Source of the DNA: Nitrosopumilus sp.
GTDB taxonomy: Archaea; Thermoproteota; Nitrososphaeria; Nitrososphaerales; Nitrosopumilaceae
Direction of reading: 5' to 3'
Assembly: GCA_963667665.2 (NCBI GenBank)
Contig: OY763927.2
Location: 1,760,001 to 1,824,000 of the forward strand
Length of the DNA: 64,000 nt
Part shown: positions 19,273 to 28,649 of the stretch, piece by piece
How positions within the stretch are numbered: the stretch's first letter is position 1
Layout of the letters: the number at the start of each line of letters is the position of its first letter
The notes under the pieces: generated by a model
Databases searched by the model: none
Told to the model about the DNA's origin: nothing
Seen by the model: the letters and a program-made list of their open reading frames with translations, nothing else
Position numbers and translations under genes: made by a program

Positions 19273-19277
19273 TTACT

Positions 19278-19664
19278 CTATTTTGGATGTTTAATTCCTC
19301 TAGAGTTTAGAACTTCGTAAACATCTGGTAGTGAAAATACAAAGCCAACATGTACACAATCTTTTTCTTCACAGAGTTGGCAAAACAGTTCTCCTTTCTG
19401 AACTGCAACTTCTGCAATTCTATTTTTGATATTATCTTTTAGTATTACACGATCATCATCAACAGAAATTTTTTCAATCTTTGGAGCATATCTTGCAAAG
19501 GTCTTGTCCTTTTGCATCATCTCCTCTAACATGTAAGTTACATAACCTGAAAAGCTGTTGACACCTTTCATTGCAAGGTCGTCTTTACTCTTTACAAATA
19601 CATCATGAAATTTATCATAAACAGTCTCTGAAACAGTGATTGATTTGAATCCAGCTTTTGGCAA
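19278..19664 (-). CDS. conserved thaumarchaeal protein (RHH-like N-terminus, C-terminal CxxC..CxH zinc site)
   Basis: FKSITVSETVY..SFSGYV; LFCQLCEEKDCVH. Confidence 0.75.
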   Translation of the reverse strand: MPKAGFKSITVSETVYDKFHDVFVKSKDDLAMKGVNSFSGYVTYMLEEMMQKDKTFARYAPKIEKISVDDDRVILKDNIKNRIAEVAVQKGELFCQLCEEKDCVHVGFVFSLPDVYEVLNSRGIKHPK

Positions 19665-19770
19665 TTTACTTTTCCTTACCGTACAATAAGGTACCTAAGT
19701 ATATAACGTTTTATTTTAAAGGTGATATTCGAAAATTAGTCTTTATACAATACCTTAATCCAAAAGCACT

Positions 19771-20664
19771 ATGGGTCGAGGCTATTCTTCTGAAGAAATT
19801 AGAAAAAAACTGATTTTGACTTTGGCTGATTCTAAAACTGGAATGTCTGGAATTGAGATTTCTGAAAAAATTGGTGTGAATCGAATTACCATGGGAAAGT
19901 ATCTCAAAGTTTTTGCAGTTGAAGGATTACTTCGACAAAAAAATATTGGAAATGTTACATTGTGGTTTTTAGAACCAGGACAAGAATCCTACAACTTTCC
20001 TGATGACTATTTCAAAATAACTCCAAAATATTTTGATTATCTAATCAAAGGTTCTGAAGACCAGGTTTATTCTTTAATTCGTAATTGTTTGCATTCTGGA
20101 GCAACTGTAAATCGTTTAATACTTGAAGTAATTTTGCCTGCCATTAATTCTGTCAAAAATTTGTATGATGATAGTAAGATTGGAACATCTGAACAAAATC
20201 TACTCAGAACCACAATTTCAAAATCGCTTCAAATCTTTAATCAACTTTTAGTTGATTTGGATACAAAGAAGAATGTAGTTGTAATATCTGCTGATACCCA
20301 AAGCCTTCTGTTTTCTGAAGCTGCATCATCTGCTTATCATTCTGATGGTTGGAAGGTTTCTCATTTAGGTGACATGTCTTCTGTAATCAATGTCTTATTT
20401 GATCTGGATTTTCAAAAATTGATTGGAAAAGTTTGGAAACAAAAACCAGGAATTTTGATAGTAGTTGTTTTCTCACAAACTGATGAAGGTCTGAACTTTT
20501 TTGCAGACTCTATTAATCCAATTAAAGAAAAGTCTGGAAAAAATATGAGATTAGCACTTTGTGGAAACATATCCAAAAAAACTAAAATTGATTCTGATTT
20601 ATTTTCTGAAAAATTTGAGGATATCTTACAATGGTCTCAAACAATATCTGAAAATATGAAATAA
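19771..20664 (+). CDS. winged-HTH regulator with a cobalamin-binding-like C-terminal region
   Basis: N-terminal HTH (EISEKIGVNRITMGKYL), helical cap (LEVILPAI), Rossmann domain (GWKVSHLG). Confidence 0.7.
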   Translation: MGRGYSSEEIRKKLILTLADSKTGMSGIEISEKIGVNRITMGKYLKVFAVEGLLRQKNIGNVTLWFLEPGQESYNFPDDYFKITPKYFDYLIKGSEDQVYSLIRNCLHSGATVNRLILEVILPAINSVKNLYDDSKIGTSEQNLLRTTISKSLQIFNQLLVDLDTKKNVVVISADTQSLLFSEAASSAYHSDGWKVSHLGDMSSVINVLFDLDFQKLIGKVWKQKPGILIVVVFSQTDEGLNFFADSINPIKEKSGKNMRLALCGNISKKTKIDSDLFSEKFEDILQWSQTISENMK

Positions 20665-20690
20665 ATTACAAAATGGGCCCGATTAGTAGG

Positions 20691-20765
20691 TGGGCCCGAT
20701 GTGATTCGAACACATGACCTTTCGATTATCAGTCGAACGCTCCAGCCAAGCTGAGCTACGAGCCC
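20691..20765 (-). tRNA. tRNA-Ile(GAT)
   Basis: Cloverleaf GGGCTCG..CGGGCCCA; anticodon arm TTCGA-CTGATAA-TCGAA. Confidence 0.95.
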
Positions 20766-20798
20766 ACGAACAATTCTCTAGGCATGAGTCATTTAAGT

Positions 20799-21353
20799 TT
20801 AATTTTCTTTCCACTTGATTGAACAGCCAATTGATGGATCAAAATCCTTTTCTATTTTTTCGCCTGACAATAATTTTTGCATGTTGTTAATCATTATCTT
20901 TTCTGTAACTGTATCCTCAGGCTTCATGGCATTATCTATTCTTCCATGAAAGACTAATTGTTTTTGACTATTAAACAAGAATGGGTCTGGAGTACACATT
21001 GCACCATATTTCTTGGCAACCTCTTGTGTTTCATCTACCAAGTAATCGAATCCAAATCCTTTCTCTTCTGCTGTTTGTTTCATAGCATCAAAACTATCCT
21101 CAGGATAATCTGTAGAATCATTACTGTTAATTCCTATAATTGCAATTTCTTTTCCAAATTTTTCATAGAGCTCATTTAATGCATCAACTTTTGCTTTTAC
21201 ATATGGACAATGATTACACATGAAAATTACTAGAATTCCTTTGAAACTACCATAATCATTTATGGAATGTTTTTTGTCATCAATTCCTAATAATTCAAAG
21301 TCAGGTGCAATATCGCCTGTCTTCAGTTTGACTTGTGATTCTAAAAGTACCAT
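20799..21353 (-). CDS. thioredoxin-like / AhpC-TSA redoxin
   Basis: APDFEL, FMCNHCPYV, SIGCSIKWK. Confidence 0.9.
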   Translation of the reverse strand: MVLLESQVKLKTGDIAPDFELLGIDDKKHSINDYGSFKGILVIFMCNHCPYVKAKVDALNELYEKFGKEIAIIGINSNDSTDYPEDSFDAMKQTAEEKGFGFDYLVDETQEVAKKYGAMCTPDPFLFNSQKQLVFHGRIDNAMKPEDTVTEKIMINNMQKLLSGEKIEKDFDPSIGCSIKWKEN

Positions 21354-21433
21354 GTGGAAACTATCTCGTTTTCAAATAAAATTCTTGTCAAGAAGACAAC
21401 AATTAAAATCCACAGATTAATCATTCTTCACAT

Positions 21434-21507
21434 GGGCCGGTAGTATAGCCTGGTAGTATACCCGCCTTGCACGCGGGGGGTCACGGATTCGAATTCCGTC
21501 CGGTCCA
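21434..21507 (+). tRNA. tRNA-Ala(TGC)
   Basis: GGGCCGG..CCGGTCCA with G3:U70; anticodon arm CCCGC-CTTGCAC-GCGGG. Confidence 0.95.
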
Positions 21508-21584
21508 CTTTTTATTCTCCCCGATCTATGCTGAATTTCAGACTGCTGGATGGATTTAAATAGGATAAGTTTCGGTTTTATTCT

Positions 21585-21686
21585 ATGACAAGCGCAGCAG
21601 ATGGATGGCCCGTATTTATTCCACTTATTGTTGGTTTAGCACCGGGTTTGATTTACTGGATAGCAATTACCGCAAAGAGAAAATAA
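21585..21686 (+). CDS. 33-aa single-pass membrane micro-protein (not in ORF track)
   Basis: MTSAADGWPVFIPLIVGLAPGLIYWIAITAKRK*; TATA TTTAAATA at 21555-21562; T-rich terminator downstream. Confidence 0.65.
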   Translation: MTSAADGWPVFIPLIVGLAPGLIYWIAITAKRK

Positions 21687-21772
21687 AATTTACATCTATT
21701 TTTAATTTCTTTTTATTATTTCATATGATAGAGTAGACTAGGTTAAACGTAGTTACCTTTCTTGTTCACTAT

Positions 21773-22885
21773 ATGATATGTTACACGAAATTAAACTACT
21801 ATCTCAATGAAATTTGTATGCAGAAACTCATTCTAAGTGCATTTTTGATTTTCCTTCTAGTTCCATTTTCACAAGCATTCTCTGCAGAAACTACAGATAA
21901 TCCTTCAACACTATCTGTATCTCTTAGTAGTGAATCTCCATTTGTATTTCAGGATTCTGAGGGATATACTGTAGTAGTTGGGATAGTTGAAAATAACAAT
22001 TCACAAACTCCTGTAACTAATGTTAGAATTCAAGTAAACTATTTTGATGATTTTGATTCTAGTCCATTAGAAGTCATAATTGGATATACTACACTCGAAG
22101 TAATTCTTCCTAATGGGCAATCTCCATATGCAATACGTTCTGAAACCCCAAATCCTAACATCACTCAGGCATCTGTATCTCTTTTGGGATTTGATTCTTC
22201 AGTAGCAAAACAAAAGGGGCTAATAGTATATTCTAGTGAAGTACTTTTAGATACTTCATTTAGATTCTCAGGAGTTTTACAAAATGGCGGTGCTCCAAGT
22301 GCTGATACTAAGGTTCATCTTGCTTTCTATGATGGTTTTGAGCCACCACGAATACTTGGAGTCTCTACAATAGAACTTGGTAATATGGGACTAAACACTG
22401 AGGTCACTTTTGAACTTGATGAGAAAATTGATTCAAGAGCTGTAGGTTTTTTGTTATTTGCAGAATCTAGTGTTTTTTATTCTGATTTTGTAGATGTAAA
22501 AATTTCTCCTTCTCAAGTCCATACAAAATTAGTAATAATTTCTGATGTAACTGTAGAAGATACCAATGGAGAAAAATTATCTGAACTTAAGGTTGGTTCT
22601 ACTGTTAACATAAAAAGTAAAACTTTGATACAGTTTGTTGCAGATCAAGAATCCAACGAAATTGCATATACCTATTATGTACAAATCAAAGAGTTTGGAG
22701 AAATGCCTTATGTTGAGTATATTGGAAAATTTGATGGACGATTCATTGGGACAGGAATAGAAACTCAGAGCATAGACTGGATTCCAGAAAAAAAGGGATT
22801 ATTTTTCATTGAGACGTTTGTTTGGGATAAAAACAATGTTCCAATAGCAGAACAAGGTCCTTTTGTTCTAATTATTGTAAACTAG
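21773..22885 (+). CDS. exported protein with Ig-like (FxLYD-like) domains
   Basis: Signal peptide (AFS|A), VVVGIVENN..V.YFD beta-sandwich pattern. Confidence 0.7.
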   Translation: MICYTKLNYYLNEICMQKLILSAFLIFLLVPFSQAFSAETTDNPSTLSVSLSSESPFVFQDSEGYTVVVGIVENNNSQTPVTNVRIQVNYFDDFDSSPLEVIIGYTTLEVILPNGQSPYAIRSETPNPNITQASVSLLGFDSSVAKQKGLIVYSSEVLLDTSFRFSGVLQNGGAPSADTKVHLAFYDGFEPPRILGVSTIELGNMGLNTEVTFELDEKIDSRAVGFLLFAESSVFYSDFVDVKISPSQVHTKLVIISDVTVEDTNGEKLSELKVGSTVNIKSKTLIQFVADQESNEIAYTYYVQIKEFGEMPYVEYIGKFDGRFIGTGIETQSIDWIPEKKGLFFIETFVWDKNNVPIAEQGPFVLIIVN

Positions 22886-22948
22886 ACATTTAGAAAAAAG
22901 AAAACATACTTCATACAATTTAAATTCAAAAAGAATTTGCTATAATGA

Positions 22949-23668
22949 GTGTTGATTAAGAAATTTAACAAAATTTTCATTATTACTGTGATGTCATTAT
23001 TTGTTTTAGTTTCATCAGGTTCCCAGGCATTAGGTTATGGTGGTCCTCCTGAACAGAGTAGTGCTAACAATTACACTGTAGAGATATACTCTGAAAATGA
23101 ATCATATAATCTTGGAGATACAATAACATTTTCTGGTAGTGTCAATAAATATGATGAAGATAGAAATTTACGAATTTCAATTTTTGATTCTAGTAATAAT
23201 TTTATTCTAACTCAGAAAACTCCAGTCAATACTGATGGCACATTCTTACATAGTGTAATACTAAATGAGAAATTCTCTGATGGAAAATTTATCGTCAAAG
23301 CTCAGTATGGAAGTTCAAAGGCAACAGTAGAAAAAATGTCATTTGTGATAAATTCTAATGGTGATACATCTATGGAACAAAAATTAACTGGTGCAAAAAT
23401 CCCTGATTGGATTAAGAATAATGCTGGATGGTGGGCAGATGGTTTGATTGATGACAATTCATTTGTAGAAGGATTCCAGTTCTTGATAAAAGAAGGATTG
23501 ATGGAAATACCTGCTACTGAACAAGGTTCAGTTTCTCAAGATAACAAAATCCCTGATTGGATTAAGAATAATGCTGGATGGTGGGCAGATGGTTTGATTG
23601 ATGACAATTCATTTGTACAAGGAATTCAATTCTTGATAAAAGAAGGATTGATGAAAATATCAAATTAA
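22949..23668 (+). CDS. exported protein with a duplicated C-terminal IPxWIKNNAGWW domain
   Basis: Signal peptide; two near-identical 50-aa units typical of thaumarchaeal surface proteins. Confidence 0.8.
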   Translation: MLIKKFNKIFIITVMSLFVLVSSGSQALGYGGPPEQSSANNYTVEIYSENESYNLGDTITFSGSVNKYDEDRNLRISIFDSSNNFILTQKTPVNTDGTFLHSVILNEKFSDGKFIVKAQYGSSKATVEKMSFVINSNGDTSMEQKLTGAKIPDWIKNNAGWWADGLIDDNSFVEGFQFLIKEGLMEIPATEQGSVSQDNKIPDWIKNNAGWWADGLIDDNSFVQGIQFLIKEGLMKISN

Positions 23669-23739
23669 CATAAAATAATTTAATATCAAATATATCTCTA
23701 AAACAGGACATTTATTTTCAAAGAAATCAATACATTTGC

Positions 23740-24213
23740 ATGTCTAAATTCTCTCTTGTTGCTACTGGTGGTACATTTGATATTATTCATAAAGGTCATC
23801 TAACTTTACTTTCAAATGCATTTGCTCTTTCAGATAAAGTAATCATCGGATTAACTAGCGATGAACTTGCTGAAAAAAAAGGAAAACTATCAATTAACAA
23901 ATATGAAAAGCGACTCGAAAATTTGACACAAGTTATTTCAAAAGAATTTCCAAACTCTTCATTCCAAATCAGTAAACTAGACAATGATTTTGGACCTGCT
24001 GTTTTAGAGAAAGGAGTAGAAGCTTTGGTAGTTAGCGATGAAAAAAGTAATCAAGGTACTGTTCTAAATCAACTTAGAGCAGAAAAGAAATTATCCACTG
24101 TGAAAATTATAACGGTTCCAATGTTTCTGGCAAAAGATGGTAAACGAATCTCTACAACTAGAATCAAAAACTCTGAAATTGACGCAGAAGGAAACTTGTT
24201 ATCAATTGACTAA
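23740..24213 (+). CDS. coaD: phosphopantetheine adenylyltransferase
   Basis: GGTFDIIHKGH, GLTSD, ISTTRI. Confidence 0.9.
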   Translation: MSKFSLVATGGTFDIIHKGHLTLLSNAFALSDKVIIGLTSDELAEKKGKLSINKYEKRLENLTQVISKEFPNSSFQISKLDNDFGPAVLEKGVEALVVSDEKSNQGTVLNQLRAEKKLSTVKIITVPMFLAKDGKRISTTRIKNSEIDAEGNLLSID

Positions 24214-24268
24214 TAGCTTGTCTAACTTTGAGTAATTGGAATAAAACAAAATTCTTGAATCAAGCCTC

Positions 24269-24598
24269 ATGGGAATCATCAATCACATGATGAAAGTAAT
24301 TGATACTGATGTCTCAAATCTGAAGCAAGGATTACAACCTCAAAACCTCTCATTTTGGTATGAGAAAATTATCAAAGAAACAATTGAAATGGCACCTCCT
24401 TGGCTTCAAGATAAAATCAAGGTTCATCAGGATCCTATTCTTACAATGAAATTTAATTTGGATATTTCAAAACGTGCAGTTAGATACTTTATGATTGCAG
24501 TTGACAATAACTTAGATGCGATGCCATACTCTACAAAACTCTATTTTCTCAAAGTTCAAGAGATACTGTCAACTGAAATGGATAAATCTCTAGTTTGA
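24269..24598 (+). CDS. conserved hypothetical protein
   Basis: 109-aa ORF with host-like codon usage. Confidence 0.7.
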   Translation: MGIINHMMKVIDTDVSNLKQGLQPQNLSFWYEKIIKETIEMAPPWLQDKIKVHQDPILTMKFNLDISKRAVRYFMIAVDNNLDAMPYSTKLYFLKVQEILSTEMDKSLV

Positions 24599-24668
24599 TG
24601 AGATTTTTATTCTAGGCACAAAACAAAGTCAAGGTATCTATAACCAATCAGTTTGAAATTTTCCAGAT

Positions 24669-25631
24669 ATGGAACTTTACAAAAGGTATTCTGATAGAAA
24701 AAGGTCTGGAAGAAATACTAGACAAGAAAATGGACCATCTAGATCTTTTAGAAATTCCAGAGATGATAGAGGTTCAAGATATTCCAGAGATGATAGAAGA
24801 GAATCTACAACTGTAACCTGTGCTGATTGTGGTACTGAATGTCAAGTTCCATTTGTTCCACGAACTGACAAACCAGTTTACTGTAGTGACTGTTTCAGAC
24901 AAAACAAACCACAAGATTCAGGAAATGATAGATATTCCAGAGATGATAGAGGTTCAAGATATTCCAGAGATGATAGAGGTTCAAGATATTCCAGAGATGA
25001 TAGAGGTTCAAGATATTCCAGAGATGATAGAAGAGAATCTACAACTGTAACCTGTGCTGATTGTGGTACTGAATGTCAAGTTCCATTTGTTCCACGAACT
25101 GACAAACCAGTTTACTGTAGTGACTGTTTCAGACAAAACAAACCACAAGATTCAGGAAATGATAGATATTCCAGAGATGATAGAGGTTCAAAATATTCCA
25201 GAGATGATAGAGGTTTAAGATATTCATCTAGACAAGAATCTCGTAGAGATAATTCTAGATCTAGCAAGCCACGAAGTGATAAATTTTTGAGAAAACAAGA
25301 GAGTTTCTTTGCAAATGGTTCAGACAAATTTTATGAAACTATCAAAGAAAAATTATATGAAATTTTAGGTGGAAAAATCTGTTCTAATTGTGGTTTCAAG
25401 GATGAAAGAGCATTAGGAATAAGTCCAATTTCTGGAAATGTCACTTCTGATAATTCTGGCCGTGGTGGCGATTCTGCCTCATGGGGAAAATATATTTCAG
25501 CACCAGATCTTGCTAGAGAAGAATTAAAGGTATTTTGCTTTAATTGTAATCAAATTAGAGAACCTATTTCAAAACCAACAGAAGATAGATCAAGACCAAA
25601 GTCAAAAACGAGTAGATATTTTCCTAGATAA
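24669..25631 (+). CDS. CxxC-x17-CxxC zinc-ribbon protein with YSRDDRGSR repeats and a degenerate HNH-like C-terminal domain
   Basis: Two identical CADCG..VPFVP..PVYCSDCF domains; GGKICSNCG..VFCFNCN. Confidence 0.85.
   Translation: MELYKRYSDRKRSGRNTRQENGPSRSFRNSRDDRGSRYSRDDRRESTTVTCADCGTECQVPFVPRTDKPVYCSDCFRQNKPQDSGNDRYSRDDRGSRYSRDDRGSRYSRDDRGSRYSRDDRRESTTVTCADCGTECQVPFVPRTDKPVYCSDCFRQNKPQDSGNDRYSRDDRGSKYSRDDRGLRYSSRQESRRDNSRSSKPRSDKFLRKQESFFANGSDKFYETIKEKLYEILGGKICSNCGFKDERALGISPISGNVTSDNSGRGGDSASWGKYISAPDLAREELKVFCFNCNQIREPISKPTEDRSRPKSKTSRYFPR
24755..25213 (+). repeat. 234-bp intragenic duplication plus 27-bp tandem repeats
   Basis: GAATCTACAACTGTAACC at 24801 and 25035; unit TATTCCAGAGATGATAGAGGTTCAAGA repeated. 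Confidence 0.9.
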
Positions 25632-25693
25632 TCTTTAAAATCATCTTTGAGAATTCATTAACACTTTAATAATAATAATTTTGAAATCGAATC

Positions 25694-25777
25694 ATGGATG
25701 GCGATTCTAAAGCAATGGCAATTTCTCTTGTCGCTATGTTTGTAATAGTAACGGTATATACTTTCTTTACTCTATAA
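25694..25777 (+). CDS. 27-aa hydrophobic micro-protein (not in ORF track)
   Basis: MDGDSKAMAISLVAMFVIVTVYTFFTL*, with a TATA-like TTTAATAA ~28 nt upstream. Confidence 0.5.
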   Translation: MDGDSKAMAISLVAMFVIVTVYTFFTL

Positions 25778-25779
25778 AT

Positions 25780-26061
25780 TCACTCTTTCACCATTTCAAT
25801 ATTATGTTCTAAAATTTTAGTGGAAACTAGCTTGTGTTCTTTGTCAATTACTGATTGAATAAAATCCGCAAATTTCTCAACATTTGCTTTATCCTTTAGT
25901 ACAATACTGTGCGCAGATTTATCCTTCAATGAAATCACCAATTCATTTTCAATTACATTAAGAATTGATCTAATGTAGGTTTCTTTACCTTCCTTTATGA
26001 AAATTAAACTGGCAAATTTCTGAGCCTCATATTTGTCCTCACATGCAATACTGATTTTCAT
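25780..26061 (-). CDS. hypothetical protein
   Basis: 93-aa ORF overlapping the trpS stop codon (translational coupling). Confidence 0.7.
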   Translation of the reverse strand: MKISIACEDKYEAQKFASLIFIKEGKETYIRSILNVIENELVISLKDKSAHSIVLKDKANVEKFADFIQSVIDKEHKLVSTKILEHNIEMVKE

Positions 26062-27170
26062 TTATTCTCAAAAAGAAATTGTTCTATCTTGTCTTTTGCC
26101 TTTTCTCTTTTTTCCTGATGAACTGTAAGAAAATCGTTAATTTTTTCAATTAAAATTGCTTTTAGTTCTCCAGTAAGTAATTTTCCAGATTTATAATCTT
26201 CATAAATTGTCTTTAACTTGCTGTCATCTGGTTCAAAAAATATTCTGAGATATTGATATGATACATCAATATCTGGATTTCCACCAAGCTTTCTATGCTG
26301 TTCAATATCTGGTTGTCCTCCTGAAAATGCATATTTGTTAATTTTCTTTTTTACTACATTTGGCGCATCAGTTGTGTATACTGTTCCATTTTCATCAGAT
26401 GCTGACATTTTTCCACCGGGTCCTTCTAATCCTGGAATCATTATGTTGTGAATTAATGCTGGTTTTGGTTTTCCAATCTTTGGTGCAATGTCTCTAGTTA
26501 ATCTAAAGTGAGGATCTTGGTCCACCCCTAACGGAATCAAGACTGGTTTGTCTTCAATAAAACATGGTGCAGATTGTAACGATGTATAAAAAATCATACC
26601 AATATTTGTTTCATTTGTAAATCCAAATGTTGCTTTTGTATTTGAAAAGTTAATTTTCTTTGCTACTTTAGCTGCAATTGGATAAAGAGTTTGAATATTT
26701 CTTGTATTGATAATAATTTTTGTTTTTTCTGGTTTGAAACCTAATGCAATAAAATCTAATGCATTCTCATATGCAAATTTTCCAGTTTCTTCTAATGTTA
26801 AATTGGGTTTTGAATAAAATTTTTCATCATCTGTTAATTGAAAATACATATTGACATCAAACTTTTCTTGTAACCATTTTGCAAAAACCCATGGAACAAG
26901 ATGTCCAATATGAGTATGACCCGAAGGACCTCTTCCGGTATATAGAAAGAATTTGTTACCCTTTTCATAATCATCAAGAATTCTGTTCATTTCTCTATGA
27001 GAGAAGAAAATACCCCTTCTAAGCATGAAATGGTCTTCACCAGTAACTTTCTTGATTCTATCTTGTAATTCTGAAGAAATCTTCTCAGTACCAAATCTCT
27101 TGATTAATTTATCATAATCAATATCTCCTTCAACATGCCAAGGAGTTACAATAAAGTCATCAGCTGACAT
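26058..27170 (-). CDS. trpS: tryptophan--tRNA ligase
   Basis: VTPW, YTGRGPS..HIGH, DQDPHFR, KMSAS. Confidence 0.97.
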   Translation of the reverse strand: MSADDFIVTPWHVEGDIDYDKLIKRFGTEKISSELQDRIKKVTGEDHFMLRRGIFFSHREMNRILDDYEKGNKFFLYTGRGPSGHTHIGHLVPWVFAKWLQEKFDVNMYFQLTDDEKFYSKPNLTLEETGKFAYENALDFIALGFKPEKTKIIINTRNIQTLYPIAAKVAKKINFSNTKATFGFTNETNIGMIFYTSLQSAPCFIEDKPVLIPLGVDQDPHFRLTRDIAPKIGKPKPALIHNIMIPGLEGPGGKMSASDENGTVYTTDAPNVVKKKINKYAFSGGQPDIEQHRKLGGNPDIDVSYQYLRIFFEPDDSKLKTIYEDYKSGKLLTGELKAILIEKINDFLTVHQEKREKAKDKIEQFLFENK

Positions 27171-27218
27171 TCAATCTGACTTAGGTTAAGGTTTAAAAAG
27201 TCTTTTTCGATCTTTCTG

Positions 27219-28649
27219 ATGTTGTCACAAGTTTTTCATGATATTGAAAAAAAAATCATTCATTCTTTACAACCTGATCAAATTCTAACAATATCTGAAA
27301 TAATAAAAAAAACTGGTTTACAATCTGATCAAGTAAGAAGAGGCATTGAATGGTTAAAATTGAAAAATCTTGCAGATGTGAAAGAATCAACTGACATCCA
27401 TTTTCATTTTGGAGAGAAAGGAGATGATGCAATTGAAAATGGTTTACCTGAAAGGAGATTAGTAAATGAAATTGAAAAAGGAAATACAACTTTTGATAAG
27501 TTAAAACCAATTTTAGGTTTAGATTTTAATGCAGCTATAGCATATGCAAAAAAGAATGATTGGATTTCCATTACTAAAAATGAAAAATCAACTGAACTTT
27601 CTTTAAATAAAGATCGTAAAGAGTCATTAGAAGAAAAATTCATCATCAGCTGTAAATCTCAACAAGAAAATGAAACTAATGAAATTAAAGTATCTGCAGA
27701 TTCACTTTTTGCAATAACATCGCTTAAAAAACGTCCTGATTTTATTGTCGAATCATCATTCACCATCAAAAAAATTTCATTAACAGTTGAAGGCAAAAAA
27801 ATCAATTTAGATGATTTATCTCAATCAAGTGGTGCAATTGATGTTGAAGCTACAGTACCTGAAGTTTTTGCAGCAAGAACTCATCCATTAAAAGATACTA
27901 TTGATGAAATTCGTGAAATTTTTGTTACATTAGGTTTTTCAGAAATTTATGGAAACATGACTCAGTCAAGCTTTTGGAATTTTGATGCTTTATTTACTCC
28001 ACAAGATCATCCTGCAAGAGAATTACAGGATACATTTTATCTAGATGGTATTTCTGCCAAAAAAATTGCAACTCCAGAACAAATTAGAAAAGTTTCTGAA
28101 TCTCACAAAAAGAATTGGAGATATCATTGGGATATTAATGAAGCAAGAAAAATGGTTCTAAGAACCCATACTACTTGTGTTACAATTAAACATCTAGCTG
28201 AAACCAAACCCGATGAAGCAAGAGTTTTTTCATTAGGTCGTGTATTTAGAAATGAAAAAGTAAGTTACAAGCATCTTGTCGAATTTAATCAAATTGAAGG
28301 AATTGTTGTAGGAAAAGATGCTAATCTTAGAAATTTAATGGGAATTCAACGAGAATTCTATAAACGAATTGGAATTACAAAAATAAAATTCTGGCCAACA
28401 TTTTTTCCATATACAGAACCATCACTACAAACTATGGTGTATAATGAAAGATTAGGAAAATGGGTAGAACTCTTTGGAATGGGAATTTTTAGACCTGAAG
28501 TAACAAAACCTCTTGGAATTACTAAACCGGTTTTGGCATGGGGAGGAGGTATTGAAAGAATTGCAATGCTAAAGTATGGCATTGATGATGTAAGAGAATT
28601 TTACAACAATAACTTGAGTTGGTTAAGGAGTGCTAGAAAATGCCAGTAG
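27219..28649 (+). CDS. pheS: phenylalanine--tRNA ligase alpha subunit
   Basis: WNFDALFTPQDHPARELQDTF, FRNE, FPYTEPS. Confidence 0.97.
   Translation: MLSQVFHDIEKKIIHSLQPDQILTISEIIKKTGLQSDQVRRGIEWLKLKNLADVKESTDIHFHFGEKGDDAIENGLPERRLVNEIEKGNTTFDKLKPILGLDFNAAIAYAKKNDWISITKNEKSTELSLNKDRKESLEEKFIISCKSQQENETNEIKVSADSLFAITSLKKRPDFIVESSFTIKKISLTVEGKKINLDDLSQSSGAIDVEATVPEVFAARTHPLKDTIDEIREIFVTLGFSEIYGNMTQSSFWNFDALFTPQDHPARELQDTFYLDGISAKKIATPEQIRKVSESHKKNWRYHWDINEARKMVLRTHTTCVTIKHLAETKPDEARVFSLGRVFRNEKVSYKHLVEFNQIEGIVVGKDANLRNLMGIQREFYKRIGITKIKFWPTFFPYTEPSLQTMVYNERLGKWVELFGMGIFRPEVTKPLGITKPVLAWGGGIERIAMLKYGIDDVREFYNNNLSWLRSARKCQ

Noticed and set aside
24755-25213. 27-bp repeats as CRISPR direct repeats
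   Set aside because: They are head-to-tail, in frame within a protein and have no spacers.
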